Source of the DNA: an uncultured virus (IMG/VR IMGVR_UViG_3300028844_003150)
Taxonomy: Duplodnaviria; Heunggongvirae; Uroviricota; Caudoviricetes
Direction: 5' to 3' (one strand)
Virus record (IMG/VR): IMGVR_UViG_3300028844_003150
Span: 47,282-67,281 of that record
DNA length: 20,000 nt
The notes beneath the pieces are model-generated. The model saw only the letters and a list, made by a program, of their open reading frames with translations. It searched no databases and was not told the DNA's origin. The position numbers and the translations under genes were made by a program. Within the stretch, counting starts at the first letter, position 1; each line of letters opens with the position of its first letter. Positions 8,011-17,762 of the stretch are shown piece after piece.

Positions 8011-8018
8011 TCACCTCC
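8011..8018 (-). promoter_or_regulatory. Shine-Dalgarno site of the 57-aa basic protein
   Basis: The minus strand reads TAA-T-GGAGGTGA-CGC-ATG. This is an 8-nt match to the anti-SD and the strongest RBS noticed in the window. Confidence 0.85.
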
Positions 8019-8019
8019 A

Positions 8020-11000
8020 TTAAAACCAGTTGCTATAAACCGTTTGCCCCGGCAATGCTTTCACTACAGCACCCGGTTTCATTGTTACCAAGTCTGGGAT
8101 GCTCGCAATAGTATCAAAGGTAGCGGCCATACCACCAACTCCGTACCCACCCCATTTCATGTCTGTGTGTATGTCCACACCTTGCTGTGCATATCCGAGA
8201 AGACCCCCACGAATTGCTCCATGCTGTATGTAATCTGCAGCGCCCCAGTTCGCTTTACGAGGGTTCCCAGCAGATCCGTACTGTATAACCTCACGCAGTA
8301 AATCCGCCACGATCATCGTGGGGATATAAGCGAGCAACCCAACGAAAGCCGCGTAGTTCCCTTCCATGGCTTCGTGCCCTACTCTCTTCAAGATTCGTTC
8401 GTGGAACGTATACATGAAGCTCTTCAGGTACTGGAATAGCTGGAAGTGTGGATCAGACCCCCACAACGTACGCATTGAAGGGTTAGGACGCAGGATAGCC
8501 TCATCAGTCCACTGGATCAGCGCAGCTCGAATACGGTCATCCCGCGCCACTTCTTTCGGGTTCGCAACCAGTCTCTCCGCATGAGAGAACACACGCAGGG
8601 TTCCATCGTCCCGCAGCTGTACATCTTCAGCTGTGAGGTTCAGTTCGTTCAGCCACCGCTTGGAATGCTTGTTGGGGCGCTGGGAATGCTTGACGATGAA
8701 CGCCTCTGCTGCTGCCAGTCCCATCAAGCGAGTAGTGCGGGTCCACGCTTCTAGCCCAATAACCCGGAAGAATCCATCATTAAAGCGCCTGAGCTTACCG
8801 GTTAGGTGCATACCATCGAAGCGAGCGCCCAGAGCATCTGATACCTGCGAGTGCTCGATGATGCCCAGCATCTCACCCAGATCGTTTAAATTGCTCTTGT
8901 TACGCTGCATGAAAGCCTTGGTAGCTCTCACAATCGATCCCATCTCGCTGGAGCGCACCGCTATGCCCATCACATCAGACAGGGATGTCAGGGTAGCCAG
9001 AGCGAGGTATCGCAGGTTCTGGTAGACGATAGCCACGCCCATAGCCTTGTTCAGCCCCTCGTTGATCGGAGAGAACTGGTGCTCTGGCAGAGCCATACCT
9101 GTGTACTTGTGCAACCACTCAGCTGTGTGGCGTCCGTAAGTACCCATGGTCGCCTTGACGTAATTGACGGTAGCTTTGAGCTGGATTGGCGTAGCGCCCT
9201 GAGCCTTGGCATCGTCCAATAGCGCACGCAGCCCCTCGCCATCCTCACCGAAGCGGCGAGTGAACTCAGCGTGCTTCACAGCCTGACTGATATAGGTACC
9301 CGTCACTTCGCCAAGGTCATTGTTCAGGAATGGGCGCATTTCAACCGGGTCCACGAACTTGAACAGGCGCGGGTTGTTGAAGCGCATCACTGGAACTTGT
9401 CTGTCCTCAGATACCTCGAAGTCCATTGACCCTTCAGCCGTGGCGCTACGGATCATGTAATCAACCATGGAATCCCCATCGAGGAGATTTTCAGGCTGCG
9501 GGATATCCACCATGATCTTGTCTTTCTTGATCTGGAGGGTCCACTCCCCAGTCTCGACGAATTGCTTGAACGCCTTCTCCAGCATAGTAGGACTGAGACC
9601 TTGGTAATGCTCAGTCATCCAGTTCTTGTGCTGGCGCATATTCATAAATACAGCCAGTTCCTTGCGTTTTTTGGCGTACTTATCCTGAGACAGTACAGCC
9701 CGGAACTCATCGACCTTGGATGACATGGCGTCTTGGTTAATCACCCATGGGAAGTAATCCTTGATGTTCTGCTTGGTATTTACTCCAGCGTCTTTCTGGT
9801 ACTTCCGCATTTCAGCGAACAGCGCCCTTACCTGCTTAACCACGCGCTGTACACCGGGTGGTGCCTGATTCAGGTCCTTAGCCCCGTACAAATATTCTAT
9901 TGCTTCGTTACCAAACTGAGCATCCTTCCCATCGAAGATACGCCGGATACGGTTTTCGAAGCGCCCCTTGAACTGTTGCTTCTGTGCCTGAAGAGTGGGG
10001 TTGCCTACGAATTCACCGGGTCTGTTATGGAATTGCTCAGCGATCTTCGTCAATGAAGGTATCCCATATCCCTTTATCCGCTCATCAACTGTGAAGAACA
10101 ACGAGCGTATAGGCTTCATTGCCAGCTCATAACTGGGCTGAAATGTCTGGATGGCATTCTCTGCCAGTGAATTAGGAAGTACCTTCGCAACTGCGGAGCG
10201 CGTGGCTGAAGCCTCGAACGGATCAGAACTGCGCTCCAGCGCCTTGAACAAATTCTCCGCACGCTCAGACTCAGCCACAACACCCAGTACCTTGCGGAAA
10301 GCATTGGCGATACGCTGGAAGATGTTATCCGTACGCGCTCCCAGTTTGATGAGGCCTGCTCTCCAGAACTGGTACATGTAGGCAGCTGCATCATACGGAT
10401 CTGCAAGTTGATCCAGTGCTGTGCGGTCATGTGACAGGAGGTTACGCAACTGGTTTTGCACATGCTTGGTTCTAGCTGCGTTCAAGAGAACATTAGCCGT
10501 GGCCTGTTCGATACGGTCATCCAGTATCCATTCTGCAAATGCTCTATGGAATGCATGACCATACGGATCTTGGTCTCCGAGTGTAGCTACATACACCAGA
10601 TTGGATGCGTCAGGCTTGGATGTAAGTTCAGCGATCTTGGACTTCGTAGCCAGCTTGTTAAGCTGTTCGATGTCATTGGAAGTAAGCGGCAAGCTCTGTG
10701 CTGCAGCCATGCCATCCTGCGGAGAGAACGGCAGACCCCATGAACGCTTACCACCGGCCAGTGAATCCATCAAACTGTCGATGTTGCCCTTCGGCGCAAT
10801 GCCCACCATGCGCTTCAGCGTATCGGCAATGGCTTGGAAGAAACGCTCCATACCAGTCTTGGGTTGTCTGGTTTCGGTGAACCACCGGCTCACACTGTCA
10901 GCAAACCACTCATCGAAATCCAACAGGTAATCACGCAGGGCATCACTGGTCTGATCCAGTGTAGTAGTTCCCCGCGTATCAACTAGTGTAAGTAGTACAG

Positions 11001-14000
11001 ACTTGGGCTGCTTCTTGGAACGTAGCAACTGTTCAATGGTGGTGTTGTCCTTACCGTACTTCTTCCGCCAGCCAAGATATTCCTGCATTATCTTGCTCGC
11101 CATGGAGTCTTTCAACGTGTGGACATACCCACCGTAGACTGCATGACCAATCTCATGTGCCAGTACTTCACGGGTGAGCTGCTCTGATAGACCGGGACGG
11201 ACATACACACCGATGCGCCCGTTCACTGCTGGTGTGGTGAAGCCGTGCAGGGTTCCATTGGCTAGGTTGGCGAGCCAATCCAGTTTCACTTCCTTGGTCA
11301 AATACGCAGCAGCCTGCTTGGATGACATCAGGTAAATGTTCTGTGGGGCTTTGATCTGTTTGAAGTATTGCTTGGCGATCTTCTCCGCATATGGATTGTT
11401 ATCCGCCAGCAGTTCCTTCGTATTAACGTAGGTCTGTTTAATCGATGCACTGGCTTTGGGTACGCCCTGAGTTGTATAGCGCACAGCCGCTTCCTTACTC
11501 AGCTTCCTGTGCTCAGCTTTCAGTTTTTTCAGCTCAGCCATCTTCTCGGCACGAGTCTCCGGCGACCCCACAGCGATACGAGTAGTCAGATCGGCAATCG
11601 CATCCCGGCGTTTCTGGTATTGCTCGACAGCACTGGGCTGTACAGGCTTGGGCGATTTGGGCGGGGCGGAACGTTGTTTCGCCTTCGCCTTTTCGCCTTT
11701 CGCCTTTTTCGCGGCTACCTTCCGTAGCTGTTCCAGCTTGATTTTTGTAGGATTGCTAGGCTTTTCAAGGACTTCGATGCCAAGTGCTGTAACGGAATCC
11801 GTTGAGGCGAAAAGGCGATCTATGTCATCTGGTAAAAGCCCTGTCCCCCGCCTGAAGTCAGTTGTTATTTTCTCTGTATGCGAGAGTTCCTTGGTCTTAC
11901 CTGTGAACTTGGCAGTAACATTGCCACCATTACGCCCGCGTAATTCAAACACACGACCTTTCTTAAAGTACTGGATGCTCTCTGTAGGTAATACTACGTA
12001 CGGAGGAACACCTTCTGCAAAATCACGGTGTGGATACGAAAAGCTCAACCGCTTGTTGAGTTCCTTGACACGCTTTAATTCGTTCGATGCAGCCTTGCCA
12101 GCTTCAGCGGTTCCCTTCAGAGCATTGCGTGCACGAGCAATATCAGCCTCTGGTAACTTGTTGGCGATCATTGTGTCGAGCGTTTTCTTCTGCCCTGTAT
12201 AAGTAGTCCTCAGTGCATCGACAGTTTTCTGTGCTTCTTCGACCTGTGTTGTGAAATCAGGCTTGGGTGCGAGGTTGGGCTTGTCCAGTTCTGCCTGTGC
12301 TCTAGCAAGCTCCCGTGCCTCTAACATGTTTTCAGGCTCGACAGACTCACGTTCCTCGGCTTCCGGAAGTATCTTGTTGTTGTACGCCTTACTAATCTGT
12401 GCCGAAGCCAGTACCTGTCCGAATGTCTTGGCTGTACCTTTGTCACCAGCAACAACCGTATCTGCACCGATCAGGTTTACAAGTTGCTTCAGCGCCAGTT
12501 GTGCCTGCTGACGTTCTGCGCCGCCACGCTCCATTGCTGTCTTCAGCGCACCGGGAGCGATGATTGTATTTGCAGCTGAGCCTTCAGGTAACTGGATGAG
12601 TTTCTGCTCAGCAGCCATCTCCAGCCCAAGCATCACATCATTGAACAGACGCATGTCTTCAGTACGTTCACCATGAGCTTCACGAGGTTTACCTGTTACT
12701 TCAGTGGAAGTAGTCAGCTCTTCCCGCTGACGCTCCTTACGGGCGAAGTTAGTCAGGTTCCTGACGTTGAGTACATTGTTACCAACACGAATCTGCCCCG
12801 GATATTGTGAAACGTCGTAATTCTCATTAGCTGAGAAGAAGATATACTTGGGGGCCTTTCCAGAACGTCCAAGGTTAGCACCGGCTAAAGACTCTCCTGC
12901 ATTCTCGTTACGATTACTCTTCAGGATGTTGGTAAACTTAGTACGCAGCTCCGGACTCAAGTTCTTGGACTCAAGCATTGACCTCACCTCTGTCAGAGGC
13001 GGAGTCTTGATGCCTTCATAATTAGCCAAGAACTCACCGGGATTAGCTGGGTCGTATATCCTAGAAACCCCAGTACGCATAGCGACCCGCTCTTTACTAC
13101 GGAGTTTCTTCAGCTTATCTTCAATTCGATTTAGCTTGGCCTTCGCTTTTTGCTTCTCTGCCGGGTCAAGTATCTGGTTCGGATTTACCTTGCCTTGCTC
13201 CTTTAATAGCTCAATTATTTTACGGTTAGTATTCCCTCCGGACTCTTCCGTAAACAGTTCTTCGCCACGCTCATTTATAAAACTGCGCTGTAGTTCAACA
13301 TCATCAGGAAACATGGACAGTGCTTCGCGTTCAGTACGCTGTAACAATGTCTCGCCTTCAAATGGACCACGGAACTCAGGGGTGGTCTGCTCGATCCCGC
13401 GCAGGCTTACATCTGCCAACTGTTGCTCAGCAGCATCGATCCGGGACAACAGGGTCTTCATCGTTACCTGTTCACCGGCCTTCTCAGGGACGAGGATCTT
13501 GTTAATGATATTGGGCATGTCGAACGTTTCAAGCCCAGCCAGATCACCCGTCTTAGGCACGTCGAATACCTCGGTAATCTTCCGATCCTGAAGTTGTGAC
13601 TTAAATGTGCCTAAACTCTCCAGCATTTTAGTCACAGATGGCTGCTGGGCCTGTTCGGCCTCGTAAGCTGCTATCTGCTCCGCCACAAAAGGCTGATTCA
13701 GCTCATCCAGCTGGTTCTGCAGATTCGACTTGTAAGTGTCCTCTGGCATACCCAGTAGCTCACGAGCTGAGCCACTAAGCCTGTGGGTATCAGTAATGGG
13801 TACATCTAGCTGCAATTCTCTTGGTTCGAACCCAAGATTTTGAAGCTCCTGCTCCATAGCAGATGCCCCGGTACCACCCACCTCATCGAACGTCAGGTCG
13901 CCCTGCTGCATGTCGTTGAGGCTTTCGCTGGCAGCGAGGCCGGGGACAGGTAGCTGGGGGGTAGCCTCGCGCTGTAACGCGCCTCTGACGCCGCCGCCCA

Positions 14001-14817
14001 CACCACCAGCGAAACCACCACCCAGAGCGCCAAGGGAACCAGCCTCAACCAGCTGCTTACCCATCTCTGGGTTCTCATAACCCTCTACCAACCCATACTT
14101 GAATCCCTCGCTGACGCCTTCCTGAGCCGCCTCAGTGAGCGCTTCCCGTGGGGCTTGGTCAGCGATGCCCCTAGCCACTCCGCGCACCACACCACGCTTA
14201 GGCACAGCCGTACCAAGGATTTTGAGGAGATGGGCTTGTGGAGCTACGTCCAGAAGGCCGATAATGCCGCCTTCCAGCGCAGCCATGCCGGGAGTGGTCA
14301 CTCCTTCGGCCTGTAGATCCTTAAACGCATGACCTGTTTCCGGCACAGCGGAGCCAGCGAAGGCACCTGTGACAGCACCGGCCTGAGCCGCCTTCATAGC
14401 CCCACCAACGAGCGCACCGGCACCACCGGTCCCGATCATGGTCAGGGCACTGGGGGCCAGCGTACCAAGCCCGTATGCAGCCCAGTCAAGGAAAGACTCG
14501 ACGGAATCTATGTCGAATACAGACTCTACATTGGCAGGAACGGCTGACGCCGCTTCTTCCATGCTCTGTTCGTACCCTTCCGCACCGAATTCCTGCAGGG
14601 TTTCTGACCCTACAGCCTCACCAGCTGCTTCTACAGCGCCGTAGGCACCAGCTTGCAGGGTATCGACGCCGCGCCTTAGCCCACGCTCAAACTGACCAGT
14701 CTCTGGTAGTGGGCGCGGAGGATCACTCTGCTTTATGCCGGGGAGTATCTCCTGCTCATTATGCGATGGGGGCACATAATTTTTTGAGAAGACGTCGTTG
14801 TCACGCAGTCCCGCCAC
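8020..14817 (-). CDS. Giant internal virion (ejection) protein, polyvalent-type, with a zincin-like metallopeptidase domain
   Basis: 2265 aa with a GTG start 3 nt after the upstream stop. The N-terminus has Gly/Ala-rich hydrophobic segments. It carries LAHEIGH (11143-11157) and a downstream EWFAD (10897-10911). The helical C-terminus with FQYLKSF and a late hydrophobic helix is reminiscent of large podoviral ejection proteins. Confidence 0.75.
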   Translation of the reverse strand: MAGLRDNDVFSKNYVPPSHNEQEILPGIKQSDPPRPLPETGQFERGLRRGVDTLQAGAYGAVEAAGEAVGSETLQEFGAEGYEQSMEEAASAVPANVESVFDIDSVESFLDWAAYGLGTLAPSALTMIGTGGAGALVGGAMKAAQAGAVTGAFAGSAVPETGHAFKDLQAEGVTTPGMAALEGGIIGLLDVAPQAHLLKILGTAVPKRGVVRGVARGIADQAPREALTEAAQEGVSEGFKYGLVEGYENPEMGKQLVEAGSLGALGGGFAGGVGGGVRGALQREATPQLPVPGLAASESLNDMQQGDLTFDEVGGTGASAMEQELQNLGFEPRELQLDVPITDTHRLSGSARELLGMPEDTYKSNLQNQLDELNQPFVAEQIAAYEAEQAQQPSVTKMLESLGTFKSQLQDRKITEVFDVPKTGDLAGLETFDMPNIINKILVPEKAGEQVTMKTLLSRIDAAEQQLADVSLRGIEQTTPEFRGPFEGETLLQRTEREALSMFPDDVELQRSFINERGEELFTEESGGNTNRKIIELLKEQGKVNPNQILDPAEKQKAKAKLNRIEDKLKKLRSKERVAMRTGVSRIYDPANPGEFLANYEGIKTPPLTEVRSMLESKNLSPELRTKFTNILKSNRNENAGESLAGANLGRSGKAPKYIFFSANENYDVSQYPGQIRVGNNVLNVRNLTNFARKERQREELTTSTEVTGKPREAHGERTEDMRLFNDVMLGLEMAAEQKLIQLPEGSAANTIIAPGALKTAMERGGAERQQAQLALKQLVNLIGADTVVAGDKGTAKTFGQVLASAQISKAYNNKILPEAEERESVEPENMLEARELARAQAELDKPNLAPKPDFTTQVEEAQKTVDALRTTYTGQKKTLDTMIANKLPEADIARARNALKGTAEAGKAASNELKRVKELNKRLSFSYPHRDFAEGVPPYVVLPTESIQYFKKGRVFELRGRNGGNVTAKFTGKTKELSHTEKITTDFRRGTGLLPDDIDRLFASTDSVTALGIEVLEKPSNPTKIKLEQLRKVAAKKAKGEKAKAKQRSAPPKSPKPVQPSAVEQYQKRRDAIADLTTRIAVGSPETRAEKMAELKKLKAEHRKLSKEAAVRYTTQGVPKASASIKQTYVNTKELLADNNPYAEKIAKQYFKQIKAPQNIYLMSSKQAAAYLTKEVKLDWLANLANGTLHGFTTPAVNGRIGVYVRPGLSEQLTREVLAHEIGHAVYGGYVHTLKDSMASKIMQEYLGWRKKYGKDNTTIEQLLRSKKQPKSVLLTLVDTRGTTTLDQTSDALRDYLLDFDEWFADSVSRWFTETRQPKTGMERFFQAIADTLKRMVGIAPKGNIDSLMDSLAGGKRSWGLPFSPQDGMAAAQSLPLTSNDIEQLNKLATKSKIAELTSKPDASNLVYVATLGDQDPYGHAFHRAFAEWILDDRIEQATANVLLNAARTKHVQNQLRNLLSHDRTALDQLADPYDAAAYMYQFWRAGLIKLGARTDNIFQRIANAFRKVLGVVAESERAENLFKALERSSDPFEASATRSAVAKVLPNSLAENAIQTFQPSYELAMKPIRSLFFTVDERIKGYGIPSLTKIAEQFHNRPGEFVGNPTLQAQKQQFKGRFENRIRRIFDGKDAQFGNEAIEYLYGAKDLNQAPPGVQRVVKQVRALFAEMRKYQKDAGVNTKQNIKDYFPWVINQDAMSSKVDEFRAVLSQDKYAKKRKELAVFMNMRQHKNWMTEHYQGLSPTMLEKAFKQFVETGEWTLQIKKDKIMVDIPQPENLLDGDSMVDYMIRSATAEGSMDFEVSEDRQVPVMRFNNPRLFKFVDPVEMRPFLNNDLGEVTGTYISQAVKHAEFTRRFGEDGEGLRALLDDAKAQGATPIQLKATVNYVKATMGTYGRHTAEWLHKYTGMALPEHQFSPINEGLNKAMGVAIVYQNLRYLALATLTSLSDVMGIAVRSSEMGSIVRATKAFMQRNKSNLNDLGEMLGIIEHSQVSDALGARFDGMHLTGKLRRFNDGFFRVIGLEAWTRTTRLMGLAAAEAFIVKHSQRPNKHSKRWLNELNLTAEDVQLRDDGTLRVFSHAERLVANPKEVARDDRIRAALIQWTDEAILRPNPSMRTLWGSDPHFQLFQYLKSFMYTFHERILKRVGHEAMEGNYAAFVGLLAYIPTMIVADLLREVIQYGSAGNPRKANWGAADYIQHGAIRGGLLGYAQQGVDIHTDMKWGGYGVGGMAATFDTIASIPDLVTMKPGAVVKALPGQTVYSNWF

Positions 14818-14820
14818 AAC

Positions 14821-17760
14821 TTATCGCAGTCCTGTTCTGAGCTGATTAACGAATTCAGGGTTATTTGCCTTGAACGTATTAACGGCAGTCCTCGCATCTG
14901 GCGGCATATCAGAGATAGTAGCAGTTAACGGTACGAATTCTCCCGCTTCATTCTGCCCCATGAACTTGAAGTTGTTATCACCGATATCCAGTAACGTACC
15001 CTGCCGCATCATAGTTTCAAGGATGGACTCACCCGGATTAGTAATATCTTCTGGCACAATATCTGGGGAAAACGGATTCAATCCAGCCCAGAAACCCTGC
15101 CCAGATTCAGCCAGATATGTGAGTAATGAGTATTCACCTACTATCCGACCACGCTCATGCGGCCTAAGTCTGTCGAACGCAACATCTGGTTCCCATGCAG
15201 CAGCCCATGTAGCGAAGTTGCGTTTCACATTCGCCTTGTCTTCAGGATCTCCAGAGACACCGGCAGCGATACCTTCACCCAGTTCATTTAATACGTCCAT
15301 CTGTGTCTGGGTGACGCCTTGCTCGAACAAATACTGCTCACGGTTTGCTTGCTGCTGAGCACGCAGTTCTTTATTAGCTGCGAACGGATCAGTGGACCCC
15401 TTTGTGTTACGTAGCCCAAGCGCACCCAACTTGGATGCTTGCTGACGAGTAAGTGAACCATTCCGCACAGCATCAAGATACTGTACTGGTACGCCCTTCT
15501 GAGTAGCAGCTAGATCACGGATAGCATCGATACCCCGGCGTACACGGCCAAGGTCAGCTTCTGCTTCGTCACGACGTGCCTGCGATACTGGTTCGTATGC
15601 ACCGGCCAGACGAGATTCCTCAACTCTGCGGTCAAAGCCTTCAGCTCCACCGACTGCGTTTGCTGCGTTGATGTTGCCTGCGCCACTGCCGCGTAGTCCA
15701 CGAATATTAAAGGAACCTTCAGGAGCACCCGGTGAGCCGGGAGCTAGGAACTGGCCTTGAGTAATTGCACCGGGAGCATCACCCAGCCCACCTTCAGCTG
15801 GCATGACACGTAACCCGGACATAGTCGTAGTAGCAATGTCCTTCGGCCCCACGAATTCATTAGTGGGAGGTACCTGAAAATCACGGTCTTCTGGGACAAT
15901 GGGTGTTGCGCCACCAGCACTACCAACCCCAGTAGGAGGCGCTTCGCGGAGACCTACAGGAGGTGCCCCACTACCAGTTTGTACATTAGTAGCTGGTAAT
16001 GATTGCTGATCTACTGAGCCTACGTATTCCTTGTTCAAGTTCCATTCATAGATGGAATCACGAGCATAACGAAGATCCTGCCCATCCATTCCGAGTGCAT
16101 CTGCAGCATCAGCCATCCAGTTAGCACCCTTCTTGACTGAAGCAGGGATTAGAGACAACGCACCTGTAATGATCCCGCCGAGTACAGAACCAACCACGTC
16201 ACCTACGTTTTGCTCTCCTGACATTACGTCATCAACGGTCTCACCACCGAGTTCGATAATACCCTCGATGCCTGCGAACACTCGATCATTCGCTTCCTGA
16301 AAACCGAATTCCCGTACGTTGTAAATGTAATCCTCCATTAAGTTTATTGTACCTACACCAGAAAGGAGTTTAGTTGCAGTTTTCAAACCTGCTTTTGCTT
16401 TCGACTTGGATGCAGCAGGCATATCATCCGGGGCACCCTCCACCATAGCATCTACTGATTGAGCTGCAGATGGTTGCCCACCACCACCAAGTCCGGGAAC
16501 CTTGCTCGTGATTTTCTTCCGTAGATCCTTGGCTCCATCCCCTATCTTTTTCAGGAGTGGTTTAGTCTTGGCATCTGCTGCATCTACTACTTCTTTCGCC
16601 TTCTGTGTAGCAGCCTTTTCTGCACGGTCAACAGCACCGGGCACGTCGTTTTTTATGTTAACTGCTTCTTCAATAACGGAAGCCGTAACAGATGGTTTGC
16701 GCTGCGGGCGGGCTTTAATCTCAGCCTGTAATTCATTCGCTGCTTTCACATCTGCGCGGGCAGCAGCAAGGGACTTCTCTGCAGCTGCAATCCGTTCCGG
16801 GTTGGGGGTCTTCGCACCCCTTGCTTGATTCAGCTCTTTCGCAGCTCTACTCTGCTGATCTACAGCAGCGTCATACATCTCCCGTGCAGCACCCAGTTCC
16901 CGTTGATTAGTCCGGGTCATCACCCGTTCTTGCGGGTTAACCATCTCTGGATCAGTCTGGGACAAAACTTCACCGGGAGTATCACCAGCCTGTATAACCT
17001 TTCGTTGCTGCTGTCGCAGATCTCTATCCCTGCGTTCTGCGTTAGCACCATCTATATCATCAGCCTCAGTGAGAGTAGCTTCGCGCCTGTACGAAGCCTT
17101 ATCTTCTCTACGATTAGTTATCGTATTTTTAACTTTCCTCGCGCCAGCAGCAATTTGATCCTTACCGGCAATTGCACCAGCCACGCCCAGACCCACACCA
17201 GCTTGTAGTGGAGAAATACCTTCTCCATCACTAGTGAGGTACCCAACACCACCAACTAAGGCTCCTGCTGCTCCAAGGCGTCCAATATTCCTGTTGCGAA
17301 TAACCTTCTTTGCGCCCGGAGACACATCATCTGTCCCTCGCAGAGGAGGGGCGAGATCTCTGTCTAATCCTTTGAGGTTATTCCTGCGTAGATCCTGTTG
17401 TCGTAAACGCTCATTTACAGCAACATCATCAGCTGCTGAAGCTGCATTAGTTGTCTGTCGTGCAGCTGCTGCTTCCTCTGGAGTAACTGTAGTATTAGGA
17501 GCAGGAGAGAAGCGCTTGGTTTCAGCATCGCGGAAACGCTCAGCAGCAGGGATAGGCTCACCGCTACCACGAGGAGGATTCTTAGCCTGTGCTTTTACAG
17601 CATCAGCTTCTCGTTTTAGCCCCGCTTTCGTTTCGGCGCGAGTCTGAGCTTCGATTTCACGAATACGAAGATCCCGAGCTATAGCCCTCTCTTCTGGGGT
17701 TAGGTTTGCAACCCTTCGTGGATTATCCGGGTCACGGATTTCGTCTAAAATAGTCGCCAT
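14821..17760 (-). CDS. Putative ejection / internal virion protein
   Basis: 979 aa, A/G/R-rich, helical and low-complexity, with no Cys. Gly-rich hydrophobic segments (LGAAGALVGGVGYL, AGVGLGVAGAIAG, VVGSVLGGIITGALSLI). Lies between the small and giant internal proteins. Confidence 0.65.
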   Translation of the reverse strand: MATILDEIRDPDNPRRVANLTPEERAIARDLRIREIEAQTRAETKAGLKREADAVKAQAKNPPRGSGEPIPAAERFRDAETKRFSPAPNTTVTPEEAAAARQTTNAASAADDVAVNERLRQQDLRRNNLKGLDRDLAPPLRGTDDVSPGAKKVIRNRNIGRLGAAGALVGGVGYLTSDGEGISPLQAGVGLGVAGAIAGKDQIAAGARKVKNTITNRREDKASYRREATLTEADDIDGANAERRDRDLRQQQRKVIQAGDTPGEVLSQTDPEMVNPQERVMTRTNQRELGAAREMYDAAVDQQSRAAKELNQARGAKTPNPERIAAAEKSLAAARADVKAANELQAEIKARPQRKPSVTASVIEEAVNIKNDVPGAVDRAEKAATQKAKEVVDAADAKTKPLLKKIGDGAKDLRKKITSKVPGLGGGGQPSAAQSVDAMVEGAPDDMPAASKSKAKAGLKTATKLLSGVGTINLMEDYIYNVREFGFQEANDRVFAGIEGIIELGGETVDDVMSGEQNVGDVVGSVLGGIITGALSLIPASVKKGANWMADAADALGMDGQDLRYARDSIYEWNLNKEYVGSVDQQSLPATNVQTGSGAPPVGLREAPPTGVGSAGGATPIVPEDRDFQVPPTNEFVGPKDIATTTMSGLRVMPAEGGLGDAPGAITQGQFLAPGSPGAPEGSFNIRGLRGSGAGNINAANAVGGAEGFDRRVEESRLAGAYEPVSQARRDEAEADLGRVRRGIDAIRDLAATQKGVPVQYLDAVRNGSLTRQQASKLGALGLRNTKGSTDPFAANKELRAQQQANREQYLFEQGVTQTQMDVLNELGEGIAAGVSGDPEDKANVKRNFATWAAAWEPDVAFDRLRPHERGRIVGEYSLLTYLAESGQGFWAGLNPFSPDIVPEDITNPGESILETMMRQGTLLDIGDNNFKFMGQNEAGEFVPLTATISDMPPDARTAVNTFKANNPEFVNQLRTGLR

Positions 17761-17762
17761 GT

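Noticed and set aside
8020..14817. Virion RNA polymerase, DarB-like methylase/helicase or lytic transglycosylase in the giant protein
   Set aside because: No polymerase catalytic motifs, NPPY/F, Walker A/DExx or ES..GLMQ motifs were recognised by eye. A profile search could still find divergent versions.
14804..14832. DNA direct repeat GGACTGCG flanking the gene junction, considered as a regulatory site
   Set aside because: It is only 8 bp and is explained by both copies encoding GLR. The other GLR copies use different codons.
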